Source of the DNA: Synechococcus sp.
GTDB taxonomy: Bacteria; Cyanobacteriota; Cyanobacteriia; PCC-6307; Cyanobiaceae
Reading direction: 5' to 3'
Length of the DNA stretch: 64,000 nucleotides
Assembly (NCBI GenBank): GCA_047285305.1
Contig: JBJBDL010000003.1
Location: 1,824,001-1,888,000 of the forward strand
The translations under genes were made by a program, and so were the position numbers. Shown piece after piece: positions 54,071-64,000 of this stretch (position 1 is the stretch's first letter; each line of letters opens with the position of its first letter). The notes under the pieces are model-generated. The model worked only from the letters and a program-made list of their open reading frames with translations, had not been told where the DNA came from and ran no database searches.

Positions 54071-54345
54071 GCTGGCGGCACAGCAGAGCGCCAAACAACA
54101 CCACCGATCAAAAGGGCCAAGGCCGCCACAGCAGCGGTGAAGGGAATCAGGCGACGACGATCAGGACTGGGAGCAAGGGCGATCTGGCTGGAGATGTTGT
54201 CGCGTCGTGACGCCAGAAATGCCCCCTGCCGGCAGCGGGTGCACACCGTGTTGGTGACGCCTGCACTCTTCAACTTGAAGCCGTAACGACCCGGGATCTC
54301 AACGGGTGTTCCACAGCTGGAACAAGGGAGAGAAAAAACTGCCAT
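54031..54345 (-). CDS. Hypothetical CxxC...CxxC protein with C-terminal TM anchor
   Basis: CSSC and CTRC pairs plus a hydrophobic helix. Confidence 0.5.
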   Translation of the reverse strand: MAVFSLPCSSCGTPVEIPGRYGFKLKSAGVTNTVCTRCRQGAFLASRRDNISSQIALAPSPDRRRLIPFTAAVAALALLIGGVVWRSAVPPAQEALPASESPSK

Positions 54346-54383
54346 GGGGAATCTGCCCTCAATTCAGATCTATCACCCCGGTT

Positions 54384-54707
54384 TCACTCCAATGGAACGT
54401 GACCCGTGGCACAAACAGAACCCCAGCAGAGGCTGTGGTCCGCCGTCCAGAAGGGTTGCACCTCCAGCCAGTCCTCGCCCTCACCAACCCGCATCATCAT
54501 CTGGCCGCTGCCGTCATGGACAAATTCGACGCGCTGCTGATTCCAGGTCAACACCCAGCGCTCTCCAGGACTGGAGGCCACCATCCGACAGGGACTCCAG
54601 GCCTGCCGCGCGATCCGGCAACACATCGAAGCCGCTGCTGATGAGCTTCCGTCTGCAGAGCTGCCAATCAGCAGCAGAGCAACGGTCCAGAGCTGAATGT
54701 GAAACAC
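54384..54707 (-). CDS. Secreted hypothetical protein
   Basis: Signal-like N-terminus, Cys/Trp-rich body; start uncertain. Confidence 0.5.
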   Translation of the reverse strand: MFHIQLWTVALLLIGSSADGSSSAAASMCCRIARQAWSPCRMVASSPGERWVLTWNQQRVEFVHDGSGQMMMRVGEGEDWLEVQPFWTADHSLCWGSVCATGHVPLE

Positions 54708-54843
54708 AGACACTGACTCGGCAGCACGCTGGCGAGAGGCCTCCTTTTCACCATGGGGCCGAGCGATCGTCACGCCGTAGAGGCGCACCGGATCTCTTCA
54801 GGGTTTGGTGTCTGTCAGGATTTGATCAGACCAGTTGCTGATC

Positions 54844-55098
54844 GTGCCGCGTTTTCAAGCCCGCGTCCTAGTGCGTCTGCGCCCCTCCGTACTCGATCCA
54901 GCCGGAGAAGCCGCGCGTGGTGCCGCTGAACGACTTGGGGTGGAAGGCCTCAGCAAGCTGCGGATCGGTAAAGCCGTGGAAATGGAGCTGGAGGCTCCTG
55001 ATGAGGCCGAGGCCCGCCGCAGGTTGGAACTGCTCAGTGATCGCTTGCTGGCCAACCCGGTGATCGAAGACTGGAGCCTGGAGTTGGAGCAGTCATGA
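54844..55098 (+). CDS. purS: FGAM synthase subunit PurS
   Basis: [23 protein letters not shown]. Confidence 0.95.
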   Translation: MPRFQARVLVRLRPSVLDPAGEAARGAAERLGVEGLSKLRIGKAVEMELEAPDEAEARRRLELLSDRLLANPVIEDWSLELEQS

Positions 55099-55745
55099 GC
55101 ATCGGGGTCATCGTTTTTCCCGGCTCCAACTGCGACCGGGATGTGCAATGGGCTACCGAGGGTTGCCTCGGGATGAGCACGCGCAGGGTCTGGCACGAGG
55201 AGACCGACCTCAGCGGCTTTGACGCCATCGTTCTGCCGGGCGGTTTCAGCTACGGCGACTACCTGCGTTGCGGCGCCATTGCACGCTTCGCACCAGCCCT
55301 GCAGTCCTTGATCCACTTTGCAGCCAAGGGGGGGCGCGTGCTCGGCATCTGCAACGGATTTCAGGTGCTCACAGAACTGGGCCTGCTCCCCGGTGCTCTC
55401 ACCCGGAATCGGGATCTGCACTTTATCTGTGAAAACGCACCCCTCAAGGTGGTGAGCCAGCGCACAGCCTGGATGCAGGGGTACAACGACGGGGCCCTGA
55501 CCCTGCCGATCGCCCACGGTGAAGGCCGCTATCAGTGCAGCGATGACACGCTCAAGCAGCTTCAGGACGACGACGCCATCGCCCTGAGCTACGGCAACAA
55601 CCCCAACGGGTCGGTGTCCGACATCGCTGGCATCACCAATGCCAGCGGCAGCGTTCTGGGTCTGATGCCCCACCCCGAGCGGGCCTGTGATCCGGCCACG
55701 GGAGGAACCGACGGCCGCCGCATGTTGGAAGCCCTGCTGGGCTGA
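55095..55745 (+). CDS. purQ: FGAM synthase glutaminase subunit
   Basis: [33 protein letters not shown]. Confidence 0.97.
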   Translation: MSIGVIVFPGSNCDRDVQWATEGCLGMSTRRVWHEETDLSGFDAIVLPGGFSYGDYLRCGAIARFAPALQSLIHFAAKGGRVLGICNGFQVLTELGLLPGALTRNRDLHFICENAPLKVVSQRTAWMQGYNDGALTLPIAHGEGRYQCSDDTLKQLQDDDAIALSYGNNPNGSVSDIAGITNASGSVLGLMPHPERACDPATGGTDGRRMLEALLG

Positions 55746-56065
55746 TGCCAACCCGCCGGACGCTGCTGGGCTCAGGGGCATCCATGATCATCACGGCCCT
55801 GCTCTCCCCCAGGGCCATGGCGGCCCAGCGCAGGCCTGTTGCAGCAATTGGCGAGGGTGGCCTGCGGCCGCTTCAGCTGGACTGAAGACAACATCCTTCC
55901 CGGCGATTTCACGATGGACGAGATCCTGGAAGAACGCCTTGGCGATCTGGGCATTCCACTGGTGCTGAATCTGCCGCTGGGCCATGGATGCCTAACAAGG
56001 CCTTGCCCATGGGAGCGCAAGCACAACTGAACGGCAAGCACGGACTGCTCAGCCTGATGGCCTGA
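55745..56065 (+). pseudogene. S66 LD-carboxypeptidase remnant (large internal deletion)
   Basis: Twin-Arg leader MPTRRTLL joined out of frame to AGLLQQL...LGIPLVLNLPLGHG / ALPMGAQAQLNG. Confidence 0.7.
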
Positions 56066-56102
56066 TCAAAGAGTGACGCTGCTCACGATCGAGCAGCCCC
56101 AT

Positions 56103-56125
56103 AAAAAAAGGGGCCTCTCGGCCCC
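56103..56125 (-). terminator. Terminator of fbaA
   Basis: GGGGCC-GAGA-GGCCCC plus T-run on the minus strand. Confidence 0.8.
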
Positions 56126-56152
56126 CGGGGGTGGATCAATTGATCGTGATGA

Positions 56153-57226
56153 TCAGGCAGCGACGGCAGCCTTGGGATCAAGAGCACCCTTGGCGTAAAG
56201 GCCGGCGTAGTAAGTGATGCTCTGCTGCTGGATCTTGCTGGCGTTGCCGGCAGCCCAGAACTGCTGGTAACGGTCCAGGCAGACCTGCTTCATGTACTTG
56301 CGAGCAGGCTTGTTGAAGTGGCGGGGGTCGAAGTTTGAAGGATCGGCCATGGCCGCTTCACGCACAGCAGCAGTGAAGGCGAGACGGTTGTCGGTGTCGA
56401 TGTTCACCTTGCGCACACCGTTACGGATGCCTTCCTGGATTTCCTCGACGGGAACGCCGTAGGTCTCGGGGATAGCACCTCCGTGCTTGTTGATCATCTC
56501 AAGCCACTCCTGGGGGACGGAGGAGGAGCCGTGCATCACCAGGTGGGTGTTGGGGATGGCTTTGTGAATCTCAGCGATGCGGCTGATGGCCAGCACTTCA
56601 CCAGTGGGCTTGCGGGTGAATTTGTAAGCGCCGTGGCTGGTGCCGATGGCGATGGCCAGAGCGTCGCACTTGGTCTTAGCAACGAAGTCGGCAGCCTCAG
56701 CGGGATCGGTGAGCAGCATGTCCTTGGATAACTCGCCCTCGAAACCGTGGCCGTCCTCAGCTTCACCCTTGCCAGTTTCCAGGGAGCCCAGGCAACCCAA
56801 CTCACCCTCAACGCTCACACCCACGGAGTGGGCGAAGTCCACCACCTGCTTGGTGACGTTGACGTTGTAGTCGTAGCTGGCGGGAGTCTTGGCGTCGGCT
56901 TCCAGGGAACCGTCCATCATGACGGAGGTAAAGCCGTTGATGGCAGCGGAATAACAGGTGTCAGGGGCGTTGCCGTGGTCCTGGTGCATCACCACGGGGA
57001 TGTGGGGATAGGTCTCGGTCGCGGCCAGGATCAGGTGACGCAGGAAGATCTCACCGGCGTAGCTGCGGGCGCCGCGGGAGGCCTGGAGGATCACAGGGCT
57101 GTCGGTCTCGTCAGCCGCTTCCATGATGGCCTGGACCTGCTCCAGATTGTTCACGTTGAACGCAGGGATGCCGTAGCCGTTCTCGGCGGCGTGGTCGAGC
57201 AGGAGCCGAAGCGGAACGAGCGCCAT
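56153..57226 (-). CDS. fbaA: Class II fructose-bisphosphate aldolase
   Basis: [41 protein letters not shown]. Confidence 0.97.
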   Translation of the reverse strand: MALVPLRLLLDHAAENGYGIPAFNVNNLEQVQAIMEAADETDSPVILQASRGARSYAGEIFLRHLILAATETYPHIPVVMHQDHGNAPDTCYSAAINGFTSVMMDGSLEADAKTPASYDYNVNVTKQVVDFAHSVGVSVEGELGCLGSLETGKGEAEDGHGFEGELSKDMLLTDPAEAADFVAKTKCDALAIAIGTSHGAYKFTRKPTGEVLAISRIAEIHKAIPNTHLVMHGSSSVPQEWLEMINKHGGAIPETYGVPVEEIQEGIRNGVRKVNIDTDNRLAFTAAVREAAMADPSNFDPRHFNKPARKYMKQVCLDRYQQFWAAGNASKIQQQSITYYAGLYAKGALDPKAAVAA

Positions 57227-57286
57227 GGGTAAATCCTCGGAGGGTTGGGGTCGTCAAAGACGAATCGCCGGCAATTTTACCGCGTG

Positions 57287-58369
57287 TTACGCAAGATCCA
57301 ATGTGCTGCCTGCTGCTTGATCGCAGGCCACACGACTGGCCACGCCCTCGGCGAGTCCAGGCAGCATCGGTTGCCCACGGCGAATGCTCTCGGCCCACCA
57401 GCCCAGCACCCTGGCCACAGGGGCGATGCGGCCATCCGCCCAGGTTTCAGCGAAGGCGAAGTCGGCATCGGCTTCCACAGCGCGGAAGGGCTCACCGAGC
57501 GGGGCGTGCTGCAGCTCAAAGCCATGGACGTAATCCTTCTGATTGGTGCTGCTGAGCAGCAGCGATCCCGAGGACCCCACCACATCCAGGCAGAACCCGC
57601 GACCGTTGCGCGACACGGAACTGAGGCTGACCTGTGCCGGCACCGGCAGGTCTTGCCTTCCCTGCCAATGGGCAACGGTCTGCAGCAGCGACACATCGGG
57701 GGCATCCACGGCAACCAGACCACCATCGGTGTGAGGGCGTTGCTTGATCGAAACACTGTTCAAGGCCTGGACGGCCCCCAGGGGACCGATCAGCCAGGCC
57801 AGCATGTCAGTGGCATGGGTTCCGAGGGCTCCGATCACGCCGCCGCCTTGATCCGCCTGGGCATACCAGTTCCAGCCGCGCTGGGGATCGGCACGGCTGC
57901 CCATCAACCAGTCGAGCTTCACCAGCCAGGGGGTTCCGACAGCACCGGCCTGCAAAAGGCGTGCGGCCTGCATGAACAGGGGAACGGCTCGGTACTCGTA
58001 ATCCACAGCCACCGATAGTCCCCGTGCCAGGGCCAGCCGCTGCAGCTCCCGGGCTTGGTCGGCATGCAGCGCGATGGGCTTCTCCAGCAGCAGGTGCTTG
58101 CCCGCCTCCAGAGCCCGACGGGCCAGGTCAAAGCGGGGTGCTGGGGGGGTGGCGATGATCACCGCGTCCACCGCGGGATTGGCCAACAGAGCATCCCAGT
58201 CGCTGAATCCCTTCAAGCCATGGGCGACCGTGGCGGCATCCAAGCGCTCCTGACGCGGGTGCCAAAGCGCCACTGCCTCAAGATCAGTCGCTGCAGCAAG
58301 GGCCGGGAGGTGCACCTTCTCCCCGAAGCCGAGACCGGCTACGGCAACACCTAGAGGTTGTGGGGACAT
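57287..58369 (-). CDS. Gfo/Idh/MocA family oxidoreductase
   Basis: GLGFG, IATPP, GKHLLLEKP, GGGVIGALGTH. Confidence 0.9.
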   Translation of the reverse strand: MSPQPLGVAVAGLGFGEKVHLPALAAATDLEAVALWHPRQERLDAATVAHGLKGFSDWDALLANPAVDAVIIATPPAPRFDLARRALEAGKHLLLEKPIALHADQARELQRLALARGLSVAVDYEYRAVPLFMQAARLLQAGAVGTPWLVKLDWLMGSRADPQRGWNWYAQADQGGGVIGALGTHATDMLAWLIGPLGAVQALNSVSIKQRPHTDGGLVAVDAPDVSLLQTVAHWQGRQDLPVPAQVSLSSVSRNGRGFCLDVVGSSGSLLLSSTNQKDYVHGFELQHAPLGEPFRAVEADADFAFAETWADGRIAPVARVLGWWAESIRRGQPMLPGLAEGVASRVACDQAAGSTLDLA

Positions 58370-58370
58370 C

Positions 58371-58742
58371 TCAGCTGGAGAGGGGTTCGGTGCAGACAGC
58401 CTCAATCACGGAGGTGATCAGCCCGTCATCCCCGGCAGACTGCCATTGGGCACGAAAACGCGGCAAACCATTCACCTGTTTGTCGCGATACAGCTCCTGG
58501 GAGCAGTCCAGCTGCATCACGTAGAGCTCGCCGGAGGGCTGATCTCCATCTTCAGTGGCCGCTGCGGTGAACCGGCTGAGCACGGTTCGGTATCCATCCC
58601 GATCGATGCGCACACTGCCGCGATCCCACCACTGCTGGCCCACATCGGTGGCAGGCACCTCAATCCATTCCACGGGGCCCGCCAGCACGGGAGCGACCCA
58701 GCAGACCAAGGCCAAGATCAGAACACAACCACCTCTGATCAT
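58371..58742 (-). CDS. Conserved exported hypothetical protein
   Basis: Signal peptide, QWWDRGS, DC...C. Confidence 0.7.
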   Translation of the reverse strand: MIRGGCVLILALVCWVAPVLAGPVEWIEVPATDVGQQWWDRGSVRIDRDGYRTVLSRFTAAATEDGDQPSGELYVMQLDCSQELYRDKQVNGLPRFRAQWQSAGDDGLITSVIEAVCTEPLSS

Positions 58743-59620
58743 GCGCTGGTGAGCTCCATAGGTTTGCAGCCGTGCAGGCGCAGAAGATTGGCCAGGGTGG
58801 AGCGCAGCTGGGTGCGAGGAACGATCGTGTCCACGAAGCCGTGATCCTGCAGATATTCAGCCGTCTGGAAATTGTCAGGAAGCTTCTCCCTCAGGGTCTG
58901 CTCGATCACCCGGCGCCCAGCAAAACCAATCAAGGCCTTCGGTTCCGCCAGGATCAAGTCGCCCAGCATGGCGAAACTGGCGGTCACACCCCCCGTGGTG
59001 GGGTGGGTGAGCAAGGGCATGTAGAGCAGCTCGGCTTCGCGGTGACGTTCCAGCGCGCCGGAGATTTTCGCCATCTGCATGAGGCTGAGCATTCCCTCCT
59101 GCATCCGGGCACCGCCGGAGGCACAAACGATCAGCAGCGGCAGCTTGCGGGCGGTGGACTCCTCGATCAGACGGGTGATTTTCTCCCCAACCACCGAGCC
59201 CATCGATCCACCCATGAAGCGAAAGTCCATAGCTGCCAGGCCCATGGGGATGCCTTCCACCCGGCAGAGCCCTGTGACCACACCATCCCGCAGCCCCGTC
59301 GAAGCCTGACTTTCGCGCAGCCGGTCGGCATAGGCGCGCCGGTCTTTGAATCCGAGGGGGTCCACCGGTGACAGATCCGCATTCAGCACCTGGAAGCTGT
59401 CGGGATCCGCAATGAGTGCGATGCGCTCAGCACTGTCGATCCGGTGGTGATGGCCGCAGTTGGCGCAAACACTGGCATTGAGTTTCAGGTCTTTGAGATA
59501 GACGACCTGACCACATTCAGGACATTTGCTCCACAGACCATCGCCTTCATCGGGTTCCTGCTTGACGTTGGCGACGTACTGACCCTTGCGGCGATCAGCA
59601 AACCAATCGAACAGAGACAC
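58739..59620 (-). CDS. accD: Acetyl-CoA carboxylase carboxyltransferase beta subunit
   Basis: Zn ribbon, [33 protein letters not shown]. Confidence 0.98.
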   Translation of the reverse strand: MSLFDWFADRRKGQYVANVKQEPDEGDGLWSKCPECGQVVYLKDLKLNASVCANCGHHHRIDSAERIALIADPDSFQVLNADLSPVDPLGFKDRRAYADRLRESQASTGLRDGVVTGLCRVEGIPMGLAAMDFRFMGGSMGSVVGEKITRLIEESTARKLPLLIVCASGGARMQEGMLSLMQMAKISGALERHREAELLYMPLLTHPTTGGVTASFAMLGDLILAEPKALIGFAGRRVIEQTLREKLPDNFQTAEYLQDHGFVDTIVPRTQLRSTLANLLRLHGCKPMELTSA

Positions 59621-59675
59621 ACAGGGCTGTCAGCTCACACCATTAAAAGCCGGCCCGGTGAAAGGCGCTTGGGAA

Positions 59676-60407
59676 TCAAGCACTCAACAGCATCAACCAG
59701 GTGCTCCACCACAACTGCGGACCGGTCAACTAGACCAACCAAATGCCCATAGCAATGAAGGGACCGAAGGAGAACGGTTCCCTAGGGCCCAACCGGCCAC
59801 TGAGGCGAGCAGTGCTTCCGGCCAAGGCTCCCGAAACAACCGCCAGGGACATCGCCGCTGCATGCCCCCGAGGTCTAGCCATGCCCCACCCAGCGCCGCC
59901 AACTTGCCATCGCCAAGGCCAAGCGCAGGCTTTCCCAACAACCGTGCAGCAATGACACTGAGACTTTCCAACAGCAGCAAGACCAGCACTACCCCCCAGC
60001 GGCACAGGGGCTCCGGCAACCAAAGGTGATCCAGATCGATCAACACCAGCAGCAACAGCAGCGCGATCAGGGGGAGACCAGCCCAGGGGAGCCAAAGATC
60101 AGGCAACTCCCCGCTAGCACCAGGCCACACCAACATTGCCGAGATCCAGAGGCCGGCACTCAGGGCCTCCACGGCGGGGTAACGCCAGCTGATCGCTGCA
60201 TCACAGTCGCGGCAGCGCCCCCTCAGCAGCAACCAACCCGGTACCGGGAGATTGTCATTCCCGCGGATGGCGTGGCCGCATCTGGGGCAGTGGCTGCCGG
60301 GGGAAGACCATCGATTCCTAGCGGGCCAAGCGCCAGGCCAGCACGTTGGTGAAGCTGCTGACACAAACGCCCAGCAGGCCGGTCCAAACCAGGATCAACC
60401 CTTCCAT
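59676..60407 (-). pseudogene. pilD: Prepilin peptidase / N-methyltransferase, disrupted
   Basis: SFTNV, SHCPRC, GRCRDC...ISWRYP, LIDLD, LGLGDGKL and FGPFIA split by TAG at 60318-60320, frameshifts and a stop at 59730. Confidence 0.88.
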
Positions 60408-60697
60408 CGGGTCCGACCACGGCTCGTGCGCCCCCGTATCAGATCGATGGCAAGGAACTCTTCGTCCGGCAAAAGAACAGGGGTCTCGAAGACCACGCGG
60501 CCATCGGGTTCCTGCGGATCCACCACCACGCCAAGGGGCTCCTGCCCCGCAGGGGTGCTGGAGAGATAGGCGAAATAAACGCGACGGGCCTGGGCGATCA
60601 GCGATCGGCTGTCAATGCGATCCCAACGGGGAGACGAAGGCGCCCCCGAGGCTCCACTGATTTCAAAGGAGGGCGTTGACAAAGAAATAGAGCCCAC
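60395..60697 (-). CDS. Conserved picocyanobacterial hypothetical protein
   Basis: ARRVYFAYL...P.GVVV...GRVVFE.PVLLPDE. Confidence 0.7.
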   Translation of the reverse strand: MGSISLSTPSFEISGASGAPSSPRWDRIDSRSLIAQARRVYFAYLSSTPAGQEPLGVVVDPQEPDGRVVFETPVLLPDEEFLAIDLIRGRTSRGRTRWKG

Positions 60698-60749
60698 CTG
60701 ATCACTCAGATGGGCCCATTGTAGAGACGATTGTTGGCAGGAGAAACAA

Positions 60750-61652
60750 TCAGCTGAGCTTGTTCTTCTCTTCGATCATGCGGTGAATGATCGGCGTGAG
60801 AATGAGTTCCATGGCGAAGCCCATCTTGCCGCCGTTCACCACGATGCTGGTGGGGCTGGACATGAAGGAATCGTGGATCATGTTCAGCAGATAACCGAAG
60901 TCGATCCCCCACTTCTCGCGAGCACCCTTCCGGAAGTGGATGATTACGAAGCTTTCGTCCGGGGTCGGGATGTTCCGGCAGATGAAAGGGTTGGAGGTGT
61001 CCACGGTGGGAACCCTCTGGAAGTTGATGTCGGTCTGGCTGAACTGCGGGCAGATGTGATTGATGTAATCGGGCATCCGGCGCAGGATCGTGTCAACGAT
61101 TGCCTCAGCGGAATAACCACGCTCAGCGTTGTCGCGGTGGATCTTCTGAATCCACTCGAGGTTGGTGATCGGCACCACACCCACCAGGAGATCGGCCAGG
61201 GCGGCCACGTCGTAGCTCTCGCCCTTCACACCGCCGTGAAGGCCTTCGTAGAACAGCACGTCAGTGCCTGAAGGGATGTCTTCCCAAGGCGTGAACTGAC
61301 CCGGCTCGAGGTTGACGCCAAGACGGGCGTTGTGTTCTGCAGCTTCTTCGACGCTGTGGAGGTAGTAGCGCTTCTGACCAGCACCGGTTTCGCCGTAGGT
61401 GCGGAACAGTTCCTCGAGCTTGTCGAAGAGGTTGGCCTCAGGGCCGAAGTGGGAGAAGTTCTCACCCTTGGCCAGGGCATCAGCCATGGCCTGTTTCATG
61501 GGCATCCGCTCGTAGCGGTGGTAGCTGTCGCCTTCCACCACTGCAGGGGTAATGCCTTCCCTCGCAAAGATGTGCTCGAAGGCGCGCTTGACGGTGCTGG
61601 TTCCAGCTCCGGAAGAACCGGTAACAGCGACAACCGGATGACGCTTCGACAT
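60750..61652 (-). CDS. prk: Phosphoribulokinase (proteobacterial type)
   Basis: TGSSGAGTST, EGDSYHRY, YEGLHG, TDINFQRVP. Confidence 0.97.
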   Translation of the reverse strand: MSKRHPVVAVTGSSGAGTSTVKRAFEHIFAREGITPAVVEGDSYHRYERMPMKQAMADALAKGENFSHFGPEANLFDKLEELFRTYGETGAGQKRYYLHSVEEAAEHNARLGVNLEPGQFTPWEDIPSGTDVLFYEGLHGGVKGESYDVAALADLLVGVVPITNLEWIQKIHRDNAERGYSAEAIVDTILRRMPDYINHICPQFSQTDINFQRVPTVDTSNPFICRNIPTPDESFVIIHFRKGAREKWGIDFGYLLNMIHDSFMSSPTSIVVNGGKMGFAMELILTPIIHRMIEEKNKLS

Positions 61653-61716
61653 CGACGCAGGGACTACTGGCCCGGCGATCCTGCCAGATCAGGGCCCAAT
61701 TGCACCAATCTCTGGC

Positions 61717-62790
61717 TTAAAGAGCTTTGAGCAATTGCTCACCCATGGCGCGACAACCCAGCTGTGTGCAGCCTTCTGCCATCAGATCACCGGTGCGGAA
61801 GCCACCGGCCAGAACAGCATCCACAGCGGCCTCAAGATCATCGGCAGCCGCGGCCTGTTTGAGGCCGATGCGCAGCATCATTGCGGCCGACAGCACCATG
61901 GCCATGGGATTGGCCTTGTCCTGACCGGCGATGTCGGGGGCTGAACCGTGCACAGGCTCAAACAGACCAGGGCCCTCACTACCGAGGGAGGCCGAGGGCA
62001 GCATGCCGATGGAGCCGGTGAGCATCGCCGCCTCATCGCTGAGGATGTCGCCGAAGAGGTTGCCGGTGAGCAGCACATCGAACTGGCGCGGATCACGCAC
62101 CAGCTGCATCGCCGCATTGTCCACATACATGTGGCTCACCTCCACAGCGCCGTAACTGGGCGCCATGGCATCCACGCGGTCTCGCCAGAGCTGGCTCACA
62201 TCCAGCACATTCGCCTTGTCCACCGAGCAGAGCCGGCCCCGACGCTCCTCGGCGATCTCAAAGGCCACCTTCGCGATCCGATCCACCTCCGAGGCGGAGT
62301 AGGTCATGGTGTTGAAGCCGCGCTCGTCTGCATCGGTCTGAATGCGTCCCTTGGGCTGACCGAAGTAGATCCCCCCGGTGAGTTCCCGCACCACCATCAG
62401 GTCCACCCCCTCGATCACCTCACGCTTGAGGCTGCTGGCATCGATGAGGGCCGGAACAATCTTGACCGGCCGCAGATTGGCAAACAGCTCCATGCCAGCA
62501 CGCAAGCCGAGCAGGCCGGTTTCGGGCCGTTTCTCGCGCGGGAGGCTGTCGAAGCGGGGGCTGCCGATGGCGGCCAGCAACACCGCATCGGCTGCCTTGC
62601 AGGCTTCGAGGGTGCTGGCAGGCAGTGGCTCACCGGTGGCATCTATGCCGCTGCCGCCGATGGGCTGCTCCTCAAAGCTCAGCGAAAAGCCGTGGCGCTG
62701 GCTCACCACCTCCAGCAGCTGGCGGGCGACAGCAGTGATCTCAGGGCCGATGCCATCACCGGACAGGAGAACAACGCGGTGCTGAGCCAT
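61717..62790 (-). CDS. leuB: 3-isopropylmalate dehydrogenase
   Basis: GDGIGPE, ANLRP, RELTGGIYFG, NLFGDILSD, EPVHGSAPDIAG. Confidence 0.98.
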   Translation of the reverse strand: MAQHRVVLLSGDGIGPEITAVARQLLEVVSQRHGFSLSFEEQPIGGSGIDATGEPLPASTLEACKAADAVLLAAIGSPRFDSLPREKRPETGLLGLRAGMELFANLRPVKIVPALIDASSLKREVIEGVDLMVVRELTGGIYFGQPKGRIQTDADERGFNTMTYSASEVDRIAKVAFEIAEERRGRLCSVDKANVLDVSQLWRDRVDAMAPSYGAVEVSHMYVDNAAMQLVRDPRQFDVLLTGNLFGDILSDEAAMLTGSIGMLPSASLGSEGPGLFEPVHGSAPDIAGQDKANPMAMVLSAAMMLRIGLKQAAAADDLEAAVDAVLAGGFRTGDLMAEGCTQLGCRAMGEQLLKAL

Positions 62791-62822
62791 GACGATGCGG
62801 TGCGGCAGGTCGACCGCTGAGG

Positions 62823-63866
62823 TTACTGAGAAGTGTCCCGCTTGAGCTCCCGCAGGGTCTTGGCCATCTCCGGCAGCTTGTTGAAGGTGGCGGCACATCG
62901 CAGCCAAAGGCGATTCGGAATCGCGGGAAAACCACTCACCACCTCTCCGGGATCCACATCACCGTGAATACCGGTCTTGGAGCTGGCGATGACGCGGTCT
63001 CCCACAACAACGCGATTACCGACCCCCACCTGGCCCGCCAGGATGACACCGTGGCCGATCCGGGCGCCGCCGGCGATGCCCACCTGTGCCGCGAAGGCAC
63101 AGCCACGCCCGGTGCTGACGCCATGGCCGATTTGCACAAGGTTGTCGATTTTGGTGCCGGCACCAATGCGGGTTTCCCCGACAGATGGGCGGTCGATGGT
63201 GGTGCCGCTACCCACCTCAACGCCGTCTTCAAGAACCACGTAGCCGGTCTGCGGCATTTTTCGCCATCCCTTCGCCGTCGGCACGAAGCCAAAGCCCTCG
63301 GAGCCGACAACGGCATTGGAATTCACCACACAGCCGCGACCGAGACGGCTGCCGGGGTGGAGCACGGCATTGGCGTGCAGCTCGCAGCCATCACCCACCA
63401 CCACGTCGTCGTAGATCACCACCCCGGGATGAACGATGCAGTCGGCACCAAGACGGCTTCCCTCCCCGATACAGACCCTCGGGCCCACCGCCGTGCGGGG
63501 GCCCACCGCAGCCCGTTCATCTATCACCGCCGAGGGGTGAATCTCCGCCAAGGGCCTGCGGCGGGGATGAAACTCATCGAGGGCTTCAGCAAAGGCCAAA
63601 CGCGGATCAGCGAAAACAGCAAAGGCGATGCCGCGCTGCGAGGCCAGATCAATCAGATCCTGTTGGTCGGGCAGCAACAGGGCACCCACTTCGCTGGAGC
63701 CCAAAGCCGCCATGAGGGCGTTGCCCTTCTCCAGAAAGCTGAGCTGCGCGACTGAGGCCTGATCGAGTGAAGCGGCACCCTCAAGCCATGGATCCAAGCC
63801 CGGCTGACTCCAGCGCAGGCCTGCATCACCGGTCTGCAGAACCTTGATCAGGGTGCTGAAACGCAT
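62823..63866 (-). CDS. lpxD: UDP-3-O-acylglucosamine N-acyltransferase
   Basis: Hexapeptide repeats, [18 protein letters not shown]. Confidence 0.96.
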   Translation of the reverse strand: MRFSTLIKVLQTGDAGLRWSQPGLDPWLEGAASLDQASVAQLSFLEKGNALMAALGSSEVGALLLPDQQDLIDLASQRGIAFAVFADPRLAFAEALDEFHPRRRPLAEIHPSAVIDERAAVGPRTAVGPRVCIGEGSRLGADCIVHPGVVIYDDVVVGDGCELHANAVLHPGSRLGRGCVVNSNAVVGSEGFGFVPTAKGWRKMPQTGYVVLEDGVEVGSGTTIDRPSVGETRIGAGTKIDNLVQIGHGVSTGRGCAFAAQVGIAGGARIGHGVILAGQVGVGNRVVVGDRVIASSKTGIHGDVDPGEVVSGFPAIPNRLWLRCAATFNKLPEMAKTLRELKRDTSQ

Positions 63867-64000
63867 GGAGGCGAGGACAGTCCGGCGGATCGTAGACGCG
63901 GTTAACGGCTGCGAAGCACCAGAGCATCGCGATGCACCACCACCGGGGAGGACTCCCCCGGCGATGGGTCATTCATTGCGGCCCGCAGCTGATCGCTGTC

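Overview
Chromosomal window of a marine picocyanobacterium, most likely a marine Synechococcus (inferred from chlH, hli, cyanobacterial AbrB, proteobacterial-type prk, class II fba and the GC-rich core). Most of it is intact housekeeping sequence: metY-metA, an amino-acid ABC transporter, cbiX, tRNA-fMet, rsfS, carB, tpiA-folP, chlH, dapB, apt, purSQ, fbaA, accD, prk, leuB and lpxD. The main discovery is a ~7.7 kb, more AT-rich integrative element at 38112-45838. It is bounded by a perfect 15-bp direct repeat (TCATCGCAGCCATGA) that contains the start codon of the DUF3038 gene, so it uses a non-tRNA attachment site. Arrays resembling integrase arm-binding sites lie at both ends. A second ~87% identical copy of the 155-bp left end sits inside the element, suggesting tandem or nested insertion. 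The element carries a decayed DUF6538-type integrase, an orphan parA and many tiny secreted or membrane ORFs. Further right are an arsR/gap3/arsJ arsenate module with a DUF938 methyltransferase and several pseudogenes (ppk2, an S66 LD-carboxypeptidase, pilD, small membrane proteins). All family assignments come from motif recognition by eye; no database searches were run.
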